Below the pieces are notes generated by a model. It saw only the letters and a program-made list of their open reading frames with translations. It had not been told where the DNA came from and ran no database searches. Source: the human T2T-CHM13v2.0 reference genome, Homo sapiens. From it: a DNA stretch of 64,000 nt. The position numbers and the translations under genes are program-made. The stretch lies in assembly GCF_009914755.1 (NCBI RefSeq), contig NC_060925.1. One strand, given 5' to 3'. Positions 1-14,090 of this stretch are shown here, in pieces (the first letter of the stretch is position 1; every line of letters starts with the position of its first letter).

Positions 1-917
1 TCTTGGGCTAATTTTTTATGTAATGAAAGGTAGTGGTCCAGTTTCATTCTTCTGCATAAGATTAGCCAGTTTTCCCAGCACGATTTATTGGATGGGGTGT
101 CCTTTCCCCATTGTTTATTTTTGTTGACTTTGTTGAAGATCAACTGGTTGTAGGTAAATGGCTTCATTTCAGCGGTCTCTATTCTCTTCCAGTGGTTTCT
201 ATGTCTATTTTTGTACTACCATGCTGTTTTGGCTACTGTAGCCTTGTAGTACACTTTGAAGTTGGGTAATGGGATGTCCCTGGCTTCGTTGTTTTTGTTT
301 AGGATCACCTTAGCTATTCAGGCTTTTTGTTTGTTTGTTTGTTTGTTCTACATGTATTTTAGAAAAATTTTTTCTAATTCTGTGAAAAATGACATTGATA
401 ATTTGGTAAGAATGGTGTTAAATCTGTAGATTACTTTAAGCAGTATAGCTATTTTAATTTTATTGATTCTTCCAATCTGTGATCATGGAATGCTTTTCAA
501 CATGTTTGTGTCGTCTATAATTTCTTTCAGCAGTGTTTAGTAGTTCTCCCCATGGTGATCTTACACCTCCTTGGTTAGGTGAATTTCTAGGTATTTAAAA
601 TATTTTGTGGCTATTATGAATGGGATTGCATTTTTTATTTTGCTCTCAACTTGAATGTTACTGGTTTATAGAAATGCTACTGATTTTTCTACATTGATTT
701 TGTATCCTGAGACTCCTGAAGTCATTTATCAAGTCTAGGAGTCTTTCTGTGGAATCTTTAGGGTTTTCTACATTTTCCAGGTATGGATTCATATTGTCAG
801 TGAAGAGAGATAATTTGACTTTCTCTTCTCCTACTTGGATCCCTTTGAAGTCTTTCTCTTTCCTGATTGCTATGGGTAGGACTGCCAGTACCATGTTGAA
901 TAGTGAGAGTGGTCATC
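1..917 (-). mobile_element. L1 ORF2 (RT to C-terminal region), inverted 5' segment of a twin-primed L1PB-like insertion
   Basis: Minus-strand ORF 658-894 reads [19 protein letters not shown], a decayed L1 RT FADD region. Orientation flips at ~917. Confidence 0.9.
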
Positions 918-1939
918 CCCCAAAGCAAATGCAACACAATCAAATATAGACAAATGGGACTTAATTAAACTAAAGAGCTTCTGCACAGCAAAATAAACTC
1001 TCAAAAGAGTAAACAAACAGTTTACAGAATGTGGAAAATGTTTGCAAACTATACATCTAGCAAAGAACTAATACAGAATCTACAAACAATTCAACAGGGA
1101 AAAAAAACACATTAAAAAGTGGGCAAATGACAGATACTTCTCAAAAGAAGACATACAAGTGACCAACAAACATGAAAAAAATGCTCAACATCACGAATCA
1201 TCAGAAAGATATAAATCAAAATCACTATAAGATACCATCTCACACTAGTCAGAATGGTTTTTATTAAAATGTCAAAAGCAACAGATATTGGCAAGAATGC
1301 AGAGAAAAGGGAAGGCTTACAGAGTATTAGTGAGAATGCAAATTAGTTCAGCCACTCTGGAAATCAGTTTGGAGATATCTCAAAGAACTAAAATTAGAAC
1401 AGTCATTTGACCCAGCAATCCCATTAGTGGGTATATAGTCAAAGGAAAATAAATTGTTTTACAAAAAAGACTCATGCACATGTATGTTCATTACAGCACT
1501 GTGCACAATTATAAAGATGTGGAATCAACCTAGGTGCCCATCAATGGTGAATGAATAAAGTGTGGTATATATACATCTGAAATACTATGCAACCATAAAA
1601 AAATAAAATTATATTATTTGCAGCAACATGATGCAGCTGAATGCTGTTATCCTAAGCAAATCAATACAGAAACAGAAAAACAAATATTGCATATTCTCAC
1701 TTATATGTGGGAGCTATATCTTGGGTACACACAAATATAATGATGGGAACAATAGACAATGGGGACTCAAACGGAGGTTGGGGAGCAAGAGCTGTAAAAC
1801 TTCTAATTAGGTACTATGTTCGCTGTCTGGGTGACAGGATCAATAGAAGCCCAAACTTCAACATCACACAATATACCCTTGTAACAAATTTGTACATATA
1901 CCCGCTGAATCTAAAATAAAAATAAAAATTAAAAAAAAA
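918..1939 (+). mobile_element. L1 3' end (ORF2 C-terminus, 3'UTR, A tail), L1PB-like
   Basis: Starts caaagcaaatgcaac...gacaaatgggac. The 3'UTR ends ...cccgctgaatctaaaataaa followed by an A-rich tail. Confidence 0.88.
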
Positions 1940-2676
1940 TATGGAGAGTTGGCAAGCAAAAATGTGACATCTGCCATTGAAATGAGAAATCACAGTTGTT
2001 TCCTTGGATTTTAAATATGATTAATTTCACAAGCCTAGAGCCAGATGATTGAAGAAGAATGACTCAGAAATAATGCTGTATGTGTGACAAATGTTTCTTC
2101 AATCCTTTCCCCCAAAGGAAGTTGCGCATTGGACAATGAGAAATTCTGAAACTTTATTAGAACTGTTGGATATAAGGTCTGAGTTTATCTTAATACCAGG
2201 GTGCACAAAAATGCCATCAAAATCTTCTCACTGAAGTAGGAATTCATGGAAGAAAGGTGATAATAAATGTATTTCTGGTCTTAGTCCACCTCATAGTGAA
2301 TACTGTGGGTGTATAGAACAACTGTATGGTGCCTTTTACAGTTCCCAAACGTATAATTGGGATAAATATGCTTAGCAGTTGGCAGAACTTTTGCATAGGT
2401 TTTCTGACCTATTCTAATAAGAAAAATTAAATGGGAAGGTTCAAGTGAAAGTCATTCCAACAAGTCAAGATTATAAAATGGAAGCCATACCACATTATAC
2501 CTTCCTCAAAGACTTAAAGAAGTTATGGAAAGCGGTCATGATGTTTTCATTTCTACCTGTTTGTCCCTGGTAAAAATAGATGAATTGTGTTGGACTACTG
2601 AAAATTTAATTAGATATTCACTTCCATGCTCAGTTCAGTATTTTGACTACAGCAGATCAACACAGTTTCTGGTACT

Positions 2677-2998
<322 letters not shown>

Positions 2999-3724
2999 TG
3001 TCTGGTGCTTGTTTTGCCAATATTTACTTTGTCAAAGCATTTTTACTAATCTCTATCACCAAAGAGAATCAAAAGCTATTCACATTCACTTTGAAAAGAT
3101 AGTGTATGTTTATTCTCTTGCCTCGGGGTTCTCTGAACAGTACAGTCCACAGGACATTGATCATCTTGCCATTCCACAGATCAAAATGCTGGTGCCACAT
3201 CTTGCTAATTGGACCTGATGGAAAAAAAATGCCATGTAGCCTGCAAGCCTTAGGAAGACACAGGTACAACAGCATGGGCTCTCCTGTCTGCCACATTTGT
3301 GAACTTTATAGAAATCCAATGGTATGGAACATCCCCTAGGATTTTCTGGAATAAAAAAGAATATCGTTGCACCTTGTGAAAAAAAGGTGTAGTACTTAGT
3401 GGACATCTTTGGATTTTGGAGACAACATACAACTTATATGCTATTAATCTTCAACCTATTATTAGTGACTCTAAAATCTGTTCATTTTAAATGGATCCAG
3501 ATAAAGGGAGGACACTGCAGGAGATCCAAGGTACAGTGACAGGCAATATGGCACAGCTAGGGATAATTTTAGTGAATAAAAATATAAGAGTTGTAGCATA
3601 GACCTTGAGGATTCTATAGGAAACTACAACTTCTGTGTTAGTATCATTAGAAAAATAAGTTTCTGATATGCTACTGAGTACTATAAAGATTGAATACCTA
3701 GCCACCATGTTCGACAAGGTTTAG

Positions 3725-3729
<5 letters not shown>

Positions 3730-3767
<38 letters not shown>
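3730..3767. repeat. (CA)n microsatellite
   Basis: Uninterrupted CA run. Confidence 0.98.
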
Positions 3768-3769
<2 letters not shown>

Positions 3770-5568
3770 ATATATTGAATCGTATCTTGTATTTTATCTC
3801 TTACAAATGAAGGCTAATGAAAGGGAAGAATGTTATGGCAGCAGCCTACTATTTTAAAGCAGCAACTACAACTGAAATGCTAACAAACCCACTCCATAAA
3901 ATAGGAATCCCTTCCTCAGGCCATAATGGACATCTATTTAAGTTTCTGAATACTGAGATTTGCTATATTTAGTTCCACTCTTTCATCAGATCAGGCAGGT
4001 ATAACAACAATCTATTCTGCACTTGAAATGGTGCATTTCAAGAGTCAATTCAAAAACATCCAGAAGCACCAAGATAATTAAATGATCAGGTAGCCTAGAT
4101 TCCTACTGAAGCCCTTTTTCAGACCAGATTTAGGGATTCATGGGATCTTGTCTGTGACCAACTGACAGAGAGCTCAGTCTGGTTTCCAAGTGAGAAGGCA
4201 TAATATATTGATATGTGTCACAGACTGTCTCTTGGGAAGCCCTAAAATACTATGGAAATTCTCCCATTTGGTTTGGGAGATCATATTGAGAGCTTTGGGC
4301 ATCATATTTTGTCATTCACTTTGTATGAAGACAAAAAAGCGGCCTAAAATATGAACTGATATGCACAGACTACTGGGCAGAGGCAAATGACTTTTCAGAT
4401 TAGTCAGAGATCTGGAAGGAGTTAGGTTCGAAGATTAGAGAAAAGAAATTCTAGGAAGGAACACAAGCACATACCTATAGGGCTAGGAGCAAATTGCTTA
4501 TATCTTTGCGTATTAAGTTAATGTCCACAAAAGAGAATCATCTACTACAAAGAAGACCCTTAACAACCAGGTCGAGAGGGTGACCTGTCCTAGGAGTGAC
4601 AATTAACTTCTTTCCTTTGTCATCACAGTGTTGGTGTGTGTGGCCATGACAGCAGGGTTGTGCAACCGTCTCTCCAAGGCTGATCTATGGCCACACTGAA
4701 TGTGCACACTGCATTTCTTGAGAGCATTGCTGAGCTCTCATGGCATCAATCCTTAAGGAGACTAGCCTGCCATTGAATGGCAGGTTGATTGCATCAGATG
4801 CCTTTTACTCTAGACAGTACAGATTATAACCCTAAAAAACACAATCCAGAACTCCATAATCCTGAATGTTGAAATACCAAAATATGAAAATCCCTGAAGT
4901 CTAAAATCCCTAATTTCTAAAATCCTGAAAATCACAATCCTGAGAAAATGAAAGCCTGAATGTCAAAATCCTGAAAGACAAATTCTGAAGAAGGGATTAA
5001 TGTGTCTTTGGTTATACACAGGACAGTTGTATTAATAGACAGGACTATTACCTTATTATTGTCTTTATTTGCATTTGGCACAAAATTTAGATGAGTGGAT
5101 TGGCCACAAGATACAGAAATAATGAAAACTTCAATTCAAAAATGCTTCATTTGCCTGCACTGCCATACATTTTACCTGATGAAATTCTAGAAGTATTTAA
5201 TGAATGAAAGCTGCATTTGCTTGAAGAAGCCAACAAAATTATTACTGGTTTAAAAATAATTGTGTGTACAGCAAGATAAGAAGACACAATGTTGTTTTTT
5301 GATCACCAGTATTGTTTCTGCCAAATATGTGGTCTGCATATGAGTGCATGCAGAATGGATTTCAGCATAATTAAAACAACATAGAAACATGAGACAGAAA
5401 GTGGAAAAAATAAGGAAAGTGCATGTTAGTGTAAAACAAATCATAGAAGAATTTCAAAAAAACAAGTGCTACATAGAAAATGAATGTGAACATATTCTTT
5501 GAGGAGAACCATGCCCTAGGACAAAACAGTGCTATTCATTAAGATGCTGACTTCAATATATAGTCAAT

Positions 5569-5878
5569 GGCTGGGCACGGTGACTCATGCCTGTAATCCC
5601 AGCATTTTGGGAGGCCGAGGCAGGCAGGTCACCTGAAGTCAGGAGTTCAAGACCATCCTGGCCAACATGGTGAAACCCCGTCTCTCCCGAAAATACAAAA
5701 GTTAGCCAGATGTATGGGTGGCTGCCTGTAATCCCAGCTACTTGGGAGGCTGAGGCAGAAGAATCTCTTGAACCCAGGAAGTAGAGTTTGCAGTGAGCCA
5801 AGATTGCACCATTGTGCTCCAGCCTGGGCAACAAGAGCAAGACTCCATCTCTAAAAAAACAAAAACAAAAACAAAACA
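5569..5878 (+). mobile_element. Alu (AluS-like) inside the MULE
   Basis: Full dimer, (AAAAC)n tail, TSD atatagt(c/t)aatg. Confidence 0.95.
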
Positions 5879-6540
5879 GAATATAGTTAATGACTGCGAA
5901 AATTGGCCATCTTTTAGACACTCTGTGTAATTGCTCCAAATCTATCCCTGTAATATACTTTTTCATATATCAAATTTTCTATTTAGTTTTTCTGATGGGA
6001 GGATTGGTTTTTTGTGTGTTCTTTTCCAATGATTTTAAACTTTCAGCAGTACTTTTTACAATTTGCTATGCTATGTGTTTCATCTTTATATCATTTCCAA
6101 TACTGAAGGTATACATTGTGTAAAGAGTTTGGGAGATTTCTAATGCATTTTACACATTCTCCAAAGTTGACTTCATGGAAGTGCATTATCACAACATTGA
6201 CTTTGTGTGTAAGCAATGTACACCTATGTAAAAATGTTGAAACTTCCTGACTAAATGAAGAGATGTTCTTCCTGTATATCTGCATTTATGAAAGATAACA
6301 TTACATATGCAGTGGTGACTCATCACAGTTTTTTATTGATCTCCTCAAAAAATTTTGGTTATACATCACAATATCTCAGATGACAACCATTACAGAGCTG
6401 AGTTCATGCAATTACTAACCATAGTGATATGTATTTATATATTTTACTTTTTGACCTTTTTAAAATGAATATGATACATCTGGTTATAACTATTATACCT
6501 AAGCAACTGTCATATAACTGAGTGTTTATGCTTGCAAAAA

Positions 6541-6947
6541 CATAAGAAAAAAGGAACTCAGAGGTATCTGAGCTATTTGAGGTATGCAAAATGTATCAGG
6601 CCCAAAGAAACATGAGTATAGGACTTTAGTTACACTCCTGCACACACGCCTTGGGGCAAATGTTAAAGGTATTCTTGTTCCTGACTAACATCCTCACCTA
6701 CTATCTTCATGTTCCAGGAATTTGTAATACAAAATACAATTGATAGCCAATAAATAGCTTATTCTATTTAAATGTAAATTCTTGGTGAACAACTTAGAAC
6801 TGCCTCTTCTTTTTCCTAAAAACCCACTTATAATGTATATTCAGGGCAATTTGAATCTATGATCCCAGGTGGCCATCCTCAACTTTTGTACTTGAATAAA
6901 CTCTCTTTAAACTACTCTCTGACCTTTTTGATTATTTTAGGTTGACA
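6541..6947 (+). mobile_element. 5' LTR of a MER4-group (ERV1) provirus
   Basis: Direct-repeat partner of 27708-28134 (tatttgaggtatgcaaaat...aataaactctctttaaacta...ttttaggttgaca). Followed by a PBS-like tttggt. Confidence 0.85.
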
Positions 6948-7030
6948 TTTTGGTAATCAAGTAGGTATCTTAAAGCAAGCCTCCAGAGATCTCCCATTTT
7001 TGTGTACATTGAGGGCCTCAGTACCAGCAT

Positions 7031-7538
7031 TGTTAAAAACAAGTGCTCAGTGCCACAAAGAAGAACCAGCACTGAAACAAAGGATTTCTCAGCAAGACAA
7101 TTTAATTCTGCAGAAGGGTGCTGCCTGCATCAGCCATGATTGCAAGAGTACCCCGAACAAAGGAGAGTAAGGGTTTTTATTCCTAACACAGTCCCTGCGT
7201 CTATGTCATTCCCCATTTGGTGGAGTCAGACCACAAAACCTGAACTAGTCTTGATTGGCTAAACACTTAAACCTTCTAGATAAGGTAGGTGTGTGATGGG
7301 GGAGATGGAGCAAAGCGAAGAGGACAGCCTATAGAGAATGAGAAGGCTAACTTTTTCCAAATAAGGAAAGGAATGTAGACTGAAGCTGAGACATGTCTGA
7401 GCATATTAGCACACAGCAAGAGTGGGAGGGCTGTATGCAGGCTAGAAACAAGAGAGTGCAAGAAGGTTGAGCCTATGAACAAAGAACAAGGACATTACAC
7501 AATTAAACCCTTTGAAGAGGAATTCATCATCTCTGGCA
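7031..7538 (-). mobile_element. Complete 3' LTR of the HERV-I-like provirus
   Basis: TG...CA termini. Preceded on the minus strand by PPT aaaggagggaat. AATAAA at ~7156-7161 (minus). Confidence 0.9.
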
Positions 7539-7563
7539 ATTCCCTCCTTTGTTTTATTGATAA

Positions 7564-9500
7564 CTATTTCTCTTCAAATTTTTCTAACATGATTTGGCTT
7601 TGCTGTTCTTCTTGATCACCTAGAAGCAAGATTTTATTTGAATATAGAGGAGGAGAGGTAGGGGAAGTTTTTGTGAGAACTGTTTCTATAAGCCTTTGTA
7701 CTAGGCCTGGGGCACAGGGTATGATACCACATCCTACAAGAATAAGCACACCTATTATAATGGCAAGAGAAGTAAGGATTGAGGACATAAGTTCTTTCCA
7801 TCTGCCAAACCATTTTTCCATTAAATAAGTGAAAGGATCGTTCATTCCTGAATTCTTAGCTAGTTCATTGGATAAAGCAGTTAAGACCTTGTAATGCTTT
7901 TGTTATGGTTCCACTGGGAGACGTATTATTAGTTATAAAAGTACAGCATTGAGTTCCAATCATGACACAGCCTCCACGCTTTTCTGCTAGTATCATGTCT
8001 AATGCTATTCTATTTTCCCAAGCCATTTGGCTGGTGGGTCCTAACTGTTTAGCTATCCCTTTAATAGCATATTTAATATAGTTAACAAATCATTACTGAT
8101 TATAATAGATGTAATTTATCGAATTTACATTTATATTTAGAGTTAACCACAGGAATAGTATGGACTCAAACCCTGCAATTATTTGATTTTGGGCCTTAAA
8201 TTCATCTGGCACTCCCCTCGGGACTCCAATGGCATCTATATAAACATGAGGATCAAAGGACCCATGAGGGACACCTCTTGTTTTATGACTATTTGTTTTT
8301 ATCCTTTTTGGTTGATGAAGTGCCAGAGTGAAAGGGATAGACAATTGGATGAGAGTGCAAGTGCCTCTCCAGTTACTTGGCAGAGTGTCCAGTAATGGTC
8401 TGCCACAATACTACTATACATCCGCTTGGGGATGGATCAGGACAGACTGATTGGTTAGCTCTCAGAATGACTTAAGCTCATTGCATCCCTTTAGGTCTCC
8501 AAGAAAAGCTAAGTTTTCCCCTTGTCTTGAGAGACACGAGATAAAATTGGCATCAGAAGATGGAAGCTGGATGGCTCTCGGGGGCTGACCCACAGGGTGC
8601 CAGACTTTGGAGAATAGCAGAGAGAGAGCTTGGGATAATTCATTACTCCAGGCTGTGGGGTGTTGGAAGAGAACTACCAAAAAATTAGTGCCTGGCCTGC
8701 TGGAGGACCATCTGAGTGGAAAGGGGACAATTTGGGCCTCTGTCCTGTCATGCACACAAAGTAACAATCGCTTTTGTTTAGAGTACAGATGGAATATTTA
8801 ATCCATTCCAGCCAGGCATCTTCATCTTTGTACCCCATCTCAAGAGCTATAGTTTGCCTTAAATCCTTTACCTCTACAACTGCTACCTTAGTTGGGTCGT
8901 TCTGGAGATGGGAGGAGATTGCTGAGCCTGATATGTTTGGGAGGAACGTTGGGTCCCATACATTCTCTGGACTCTGGATCTGGATTTCTTTATTTTTTTT
9001 TAGCTGATGGTTTAGCTAACCTCAGATAGAAGATTTCTATGGGGTCCCATCCTGTAACATCTGCTCCTAACCCATACCATTCGAATATGGAGGGTTCTTG
9101 GGTCATTCTTTGGGGATTATCTATAATTAGCAATAAGGGTTTACACTGTAATGACTTACAATTTGGTGGGGTGGGACCACAAATAAGTTAGAGCTTCTGT
9201 TTTAGTCCTCGAAACTTGTTACAAGAAGGGGGCCTGATTGTCCACCCTCCATATTGGGTGGTCCACCAAACATCTGTCCAGTCACCGCAGGGACTTTTTA
9301 AGGCTCCATACTTATACTTGGTTGACTCACTCTGGTATGGACATATACACTTACCCACATTTGATAGCTGCCTTTGAGCTCATTCATCTTCACATGAGAT
9401 AACTGAACAAATGTCAGACTGGAGGGTTAAGGGATGATTAGTTTGTATCACATTGATGAACAAGTGATTATTAAGCCCTTTTTAGAGTTAATTTGGTGGG
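7564..9500 (-). pseudogene. env pseudogene (SU/TM)
   Basis: GVPRGVPDEFKAQNQIIAGFESI, ISU-like AWENRIALDMILAE, CX6CC (CVMIGTQCC) and TM helix ILTSLAIIIGVLILVGC. Broken into several frames. Confidence 0.9.
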
Positions 9501-12500
9501 GGTAGGCCCTGGGGTGACGGCTCATTTTTCTCTGGCTGTAGAAGTCACTGCTTTCACTCACATGTGGTGTGTCCCTTCCTTTTCAGCTGTGCGGACAGCG
9601 GTTTCTGTAGTCAGGAGCACTAGATGGGGTCCTTCCCTAGCCAGTTCGAGTTTTCCCTCTTTCCCGTTTTGATGTGATCCCCAGGCTGGTGCTGATGTGC
9701 TGGGAACTCCAAGGGTGGCGTCTGGGGTGCTAAAAGGCCTTTAGTTCTGAGCAAAGAGGAAGTGGAAGACAGACCAAGTATATAGCTTTTGAGGAATTGA
9801 TCTTTAGTTTCTAACATAAGAATACCAGCAGTGGAGTGTAAATAAGGTAACCCATATAGCATTTCATAAGAAGATAAGCGAATATCTTTCTGAGGGGCAG
9901 TTCAGATTCTTAACAAGGCAATGGGGAAGCATTTAGTCCATGGCAACCGAGTCTCTAGGACTAATTTGGTTAGGTGGTTCCTCAGAGGCCGGTTCATTCT
10001 TTCTACTCTTCTTGATGAAGGTGGGTGCCAGGGGGTATGGTATTCCTATTTTATTTCTAATGCTTGGCCTAGCTTTTTTAATAACATGTACAGTGAAATG
10101 AGTCCCATTATCTGAATCAACATTTTCTATTAATCCAAACCTGGATATAATACTTTCAATTAATGCCTTAACTACATTATTAGCAGTCACTTTTGTAAAG
10201 GGAATAGCTTCTACCCAGTGAGTGAGATGATTCACTATTACTAAATGGGTATTTCAGGTGACCAGTTGGAGGCATTTCTGTGTAATCAACTTGAACACTT
10301 TGGAACGGTCTTAGTCCTGGATTTCTTCACTCAAGGGGTGATTTTCTTAAGGTCTGCTTATTAGGTTTTTTTTTTTTTTTTTTTTACATATTAGCTATCT
10401 GTAACTTGTTAGGCTAGGGTATAAATTTCTGTACACCCATAATCTCTAAGGACTGTGTCACACATAGCTTGGGGCCCCCAGTGGGTCCCTTGATGCAGCT
10501 GAGAAAAGACTTCCCTCATGAGGGGTTTGGATAACATTTCTCTTTGATCTGATAATACCCATTTTCCTTCTGGGTTTTCTTTAGCTCCTAATTTTATAAA
10601 TTTTTCCTTTTCAGTGGGAGAGAAAATGGAGACTGCAGTAGGGGGAGGAAGACAAGGGGTTAAGTGAAAAACAAGCACCTTAGAGGAAATAGCAGCCTGT
10701 TTGGCTACCCAATCTGAAAGGTTATTTCCCTGACTTTCAAATGAAAAGCCTTTTTGGTGTCCTGGGACATGGACAATAGCTATCTCTTCTGGTAACTAGA
10801 GATTATTTAATACTTGGGTGATTAACTCTTTGTGGACAAAATCTCGGCCTTTGCTGTTAATAAGACCTTGTTCAGTTCAAATTTTCCCGAAAGTATGAGC
10901 TACCCTAAAGGCATACTTAGAATCAGTATAAATGGTCCCTTCCTGGTTTTGCAAGTATTTTATAGCCTGGCTCAATGCAAACAGTTCACAAGTTTGAGCA
11001 GACCAATTATTAGGCAATCTTTCTATTTCTGCTAAAACTTCTCCATCTGTTATTTAATATCTATTATGTCTTTTTCCCTCAATTACCTGGGAGCAGCAAT
11101 CTATAAATAAATGCCACTCCTTTTGAAAGGGGTCTCTCCTAAATCTGGTCTGATTTTGTTTGGTAGTCAATTAAATCTCAACATGTGTGATCTCTTTTAG
11201 GTTTGGATTCCTTGTTAAGAAACCTGCTCGGTTGAGTGAGTTATCAGTGGTTAGTGTTAAATCATCTCTTTCTAATAGAATAGCTATGTATTTTAAGATC
11301 CTTGAGTCAGTGAGCCACCTCCCTGACTTTTGGTTTAAGATAGTTCTAACTTGATGAGGCATGCTTACCATTAACTTTCCCCCAAAAGTTAACTTCCTGC
11401 TTTCTTTAGTCAATAACATGGTTGCCACAATGGGTTGAATGCATTTGGGCCATCCACATGTCACTGGGTCTAAAATCTTTGATAGAAAGGCTACAGGCTG
11501 CCTGCAGCCTCCATGTTCCTGGGTAAGCACTCCCAAAGCCACCCCATTATTCATGTTAACAAGAGTGGAATGGTTTTTCTAGGGAGGGTAAGGCTAGAAC
11601 AGGGGCAGATATAAGCATATGTTTTAATTCTTCAAGTTGATGAATTTCTTCAGAAGTCCACAGAAGATAGTCAGGTTTCCACTAGGTAAGTTTTTGGTAT
11701 AAAAGTTTAGTTTTTAGAGCATATGAGTCAATCTGTAAGTGGCAATATCCAACTAATCCTAAAAATTTTCTGAGCTCCTGATTAGTTTGAGGCAAAGGTA
11801 AGGACACGATTCCTTCTACTCATTTGGATACTATCCTTCATTTACCTTTACTTATTAAGTGCCCTAAATATTCAACATCAGGCTCTACAAACTGGAGTTT
11901 TTATTCTGAAACTTGTAATCCTTCACTTTGTAAATGGTTAAGAAGGTATGTAGAGAAAGCAGCTACTTTCTCTACATCTTCACCAGATATGAGAAGAGCA
12001 TCCACATACTGGAGCAGACATATGTGTTTTGGGGTATGAAGTTGTTCTAGAACCTGCTCTAAAATTTGGCCAAAAAGGTTAGGGGAATCTGTGAACCCTT
12101 GGGGCGAAAGTGTCCATTGGTACTGTTGCTTCCATCCAAAATGAGGATCTTCTCATTTGAAGGCAAATATGTCCCGACTGTCCTCGGCCAAGGGACATGC
12201 CCCAAAGGCACCTTTTTAGTCTATTACTGTAAACCATTGATGGTCATAGGGGATTTTGCTGAGGATGGTGTAAGGGTTAGGGACAATGGGATGAATAATC
12301 TGGACTATTTGGCTGACAGATCTGAGGTCTTCTACTAGTCAGTATGACCCGTCTGATTTCTTTACAGGCGGTATTGGGGTTTTATAAGGGGACATGCAGG
12401 GTTCAAGGAGCCCATCTTGAATAAGACTTTCAATTATGGGCTTCAAGCCTATTCTGCCTTCTAGGAGAATGGGATATTGTTTTCTTCTTACTACTTCCCC

Positions 12501-12973
12501 AGGGGTTTTTAGCTTTATGTGTATCAGAGGGACTTAAAGTCGTCGATTTCCTTCTCTTGAGCAGACATCAGGATGGATGTATTTTTCATCCACAGTGGTA
12601 AGTAGGTTTAGTGAGATGAGGAATCCATCTGGGCCAACATGTAAACCTATGCCTAGTTCTAGCATTGAGTCCCTTCCTAATAGGTTAATTCCTGACTCAG
12701 GGATTAATAGAAGCTTGATATGATTTGACCAGTTTTTATACCACCCTTCTGTTTCTTCTAAGATTTTTGCTTCAAATTCTTCTCCCTTTACCCCTGAGAC
12801 AGAAAGTAATTCTGAGGAGCAGCTGATATCAGATGGAAGGAAACAAACAGAGGAGTGGGCTGCTCCTGAATCTACTAAAAAGGTTATGAGTTCATATTTG
12901 GTTCCCACCTCTAAGTTTATCAAGGGTTCTTGGTGGGACTTGAGATAAAAGAGACAGAGCCCCTGACCCCCCA
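9500..12973 (-). pseudogene. pro-pol pseudogene
   Basis: Protease FLVDSGA; RT WTL.PQGFTDSPNLFGQ and LLQYVDALL; tether QPVAFLSK; integrase HQGTHWG, WVEAIP and DSDNGTHF. Many frameshifts. Confidence 0.92.
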
Positions 12974-14090
12974 CTATTCTTCCTTGAAAGTCATGAGTGG
13001 AAGGACTTCTTTTTCTCTTTCCCATTCAGGACATTCCCTCTTAAAGTGACCTGTTCTTCCACACTTAAAACATCTATCCTGTCTTTCCTCTGTTTGAGGA
13101 TTCTTGGGCTTTGCTCCCCCATGTTCTTTATAGGGTCTTGTAAACGAGGTCCCGGATCCTTTAATAGGGGCCTTCGATTCTCTAAATGGAAGTTTGGGTC
13201 CTTTATAGTTTTTGGCCCCCTGGGGGCTTTGTTTAGATATGTATTGATTTGGAGCCCCCTCTTGACAGGTGGATAGCATGATTTTTGCTTTCTGTTTTTG
13301 CTTTTCTTCATCTCTTCTCACATACACCTTTGGAGCTTCTCTGAGAAGTTCACTTCGAGGATAGTCTTTCCAATCCTCTATCTTTTGTAATTTCTTGGAA
13401 GTGTCCAGCAAACTGTTAGTAACAAATGAAGCTTTAACATTCCTTGTTCTAGGGGATCTTCTAAATCCAGGCCTGCATATTTTCTCATTTGCCCCTTTAA
13501 CCTGTTTAAGAGTTCTGCAGGCCCTTCATCCTTCCCCTGTTGTGTGTTAAATGCCCAGGACAGATTCTGAGTCTGGGGTACTGATTCTCAAATTCCTTTT
13601 ATTATCATCTCCCTAAGGTCTTGCATGTTTTCCCAGTGAGCTATGTCGTTATTGTCCCACTGAGGATCTTGGGCAGGGAATTTTTGGTCCACTGTAGGAA
13701 CGTTTTGATCGGTGGGGGGTGGGGGGGCGGTGTTCACATTCCCAAACTACCATAGCAGCCCTGTGGATCATGCCCCTTTCTTCCCCTGAAAAGAGGATGC
13801 CCAGGATGGACATTAACTTGGCCCAAGTATATAAGTAGTGTCTTAGAAATTAATTGACCTGATCTGCCACTGCATGAGGGTCATCTAACAGTGGCTTGAG
13901 TTCTTTTTTAAAGCTTCAAACTTTTGAACTGGTTAGAGGAGTATTTATGAAGCTGATAGCACCCCCTCCCTGGGGCACCTCTTTTAAGGGGAAGAGAATC
14001 AGAGCTGATTCCCCAGGGGTAGAGAGGAAAGGGAAGTTTTGAATATTCTTTTTACATTGCTCTCTACCTCACTTTGGAGTCCTTTTAGGG
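12974..14090 (-). pseudogene. gag pseudogene (CA/NC), 5' part deleted
   Basis: Zinc knuckle CFKCGRTGHFKREC; ends FKEE-TAG. Confidence 0.92.

Noticed and set aside
5553-5966. 137-aa ORF and similar ORFs at 26699, 44172, 45095, 47403
   Set aside because: Typical Alu translation artefacts.
6948-6970. PBS tRNA type and TSD of the outer MER4-group provirus
   Set aside because: Too degenerate to assign; the 5' TG of both LTRs is mutated.
7564-9500. Domesticated syncytin-like env
   Set aside because: Multiple stops and frameshifts; the longest pieces are under ~100 aa.
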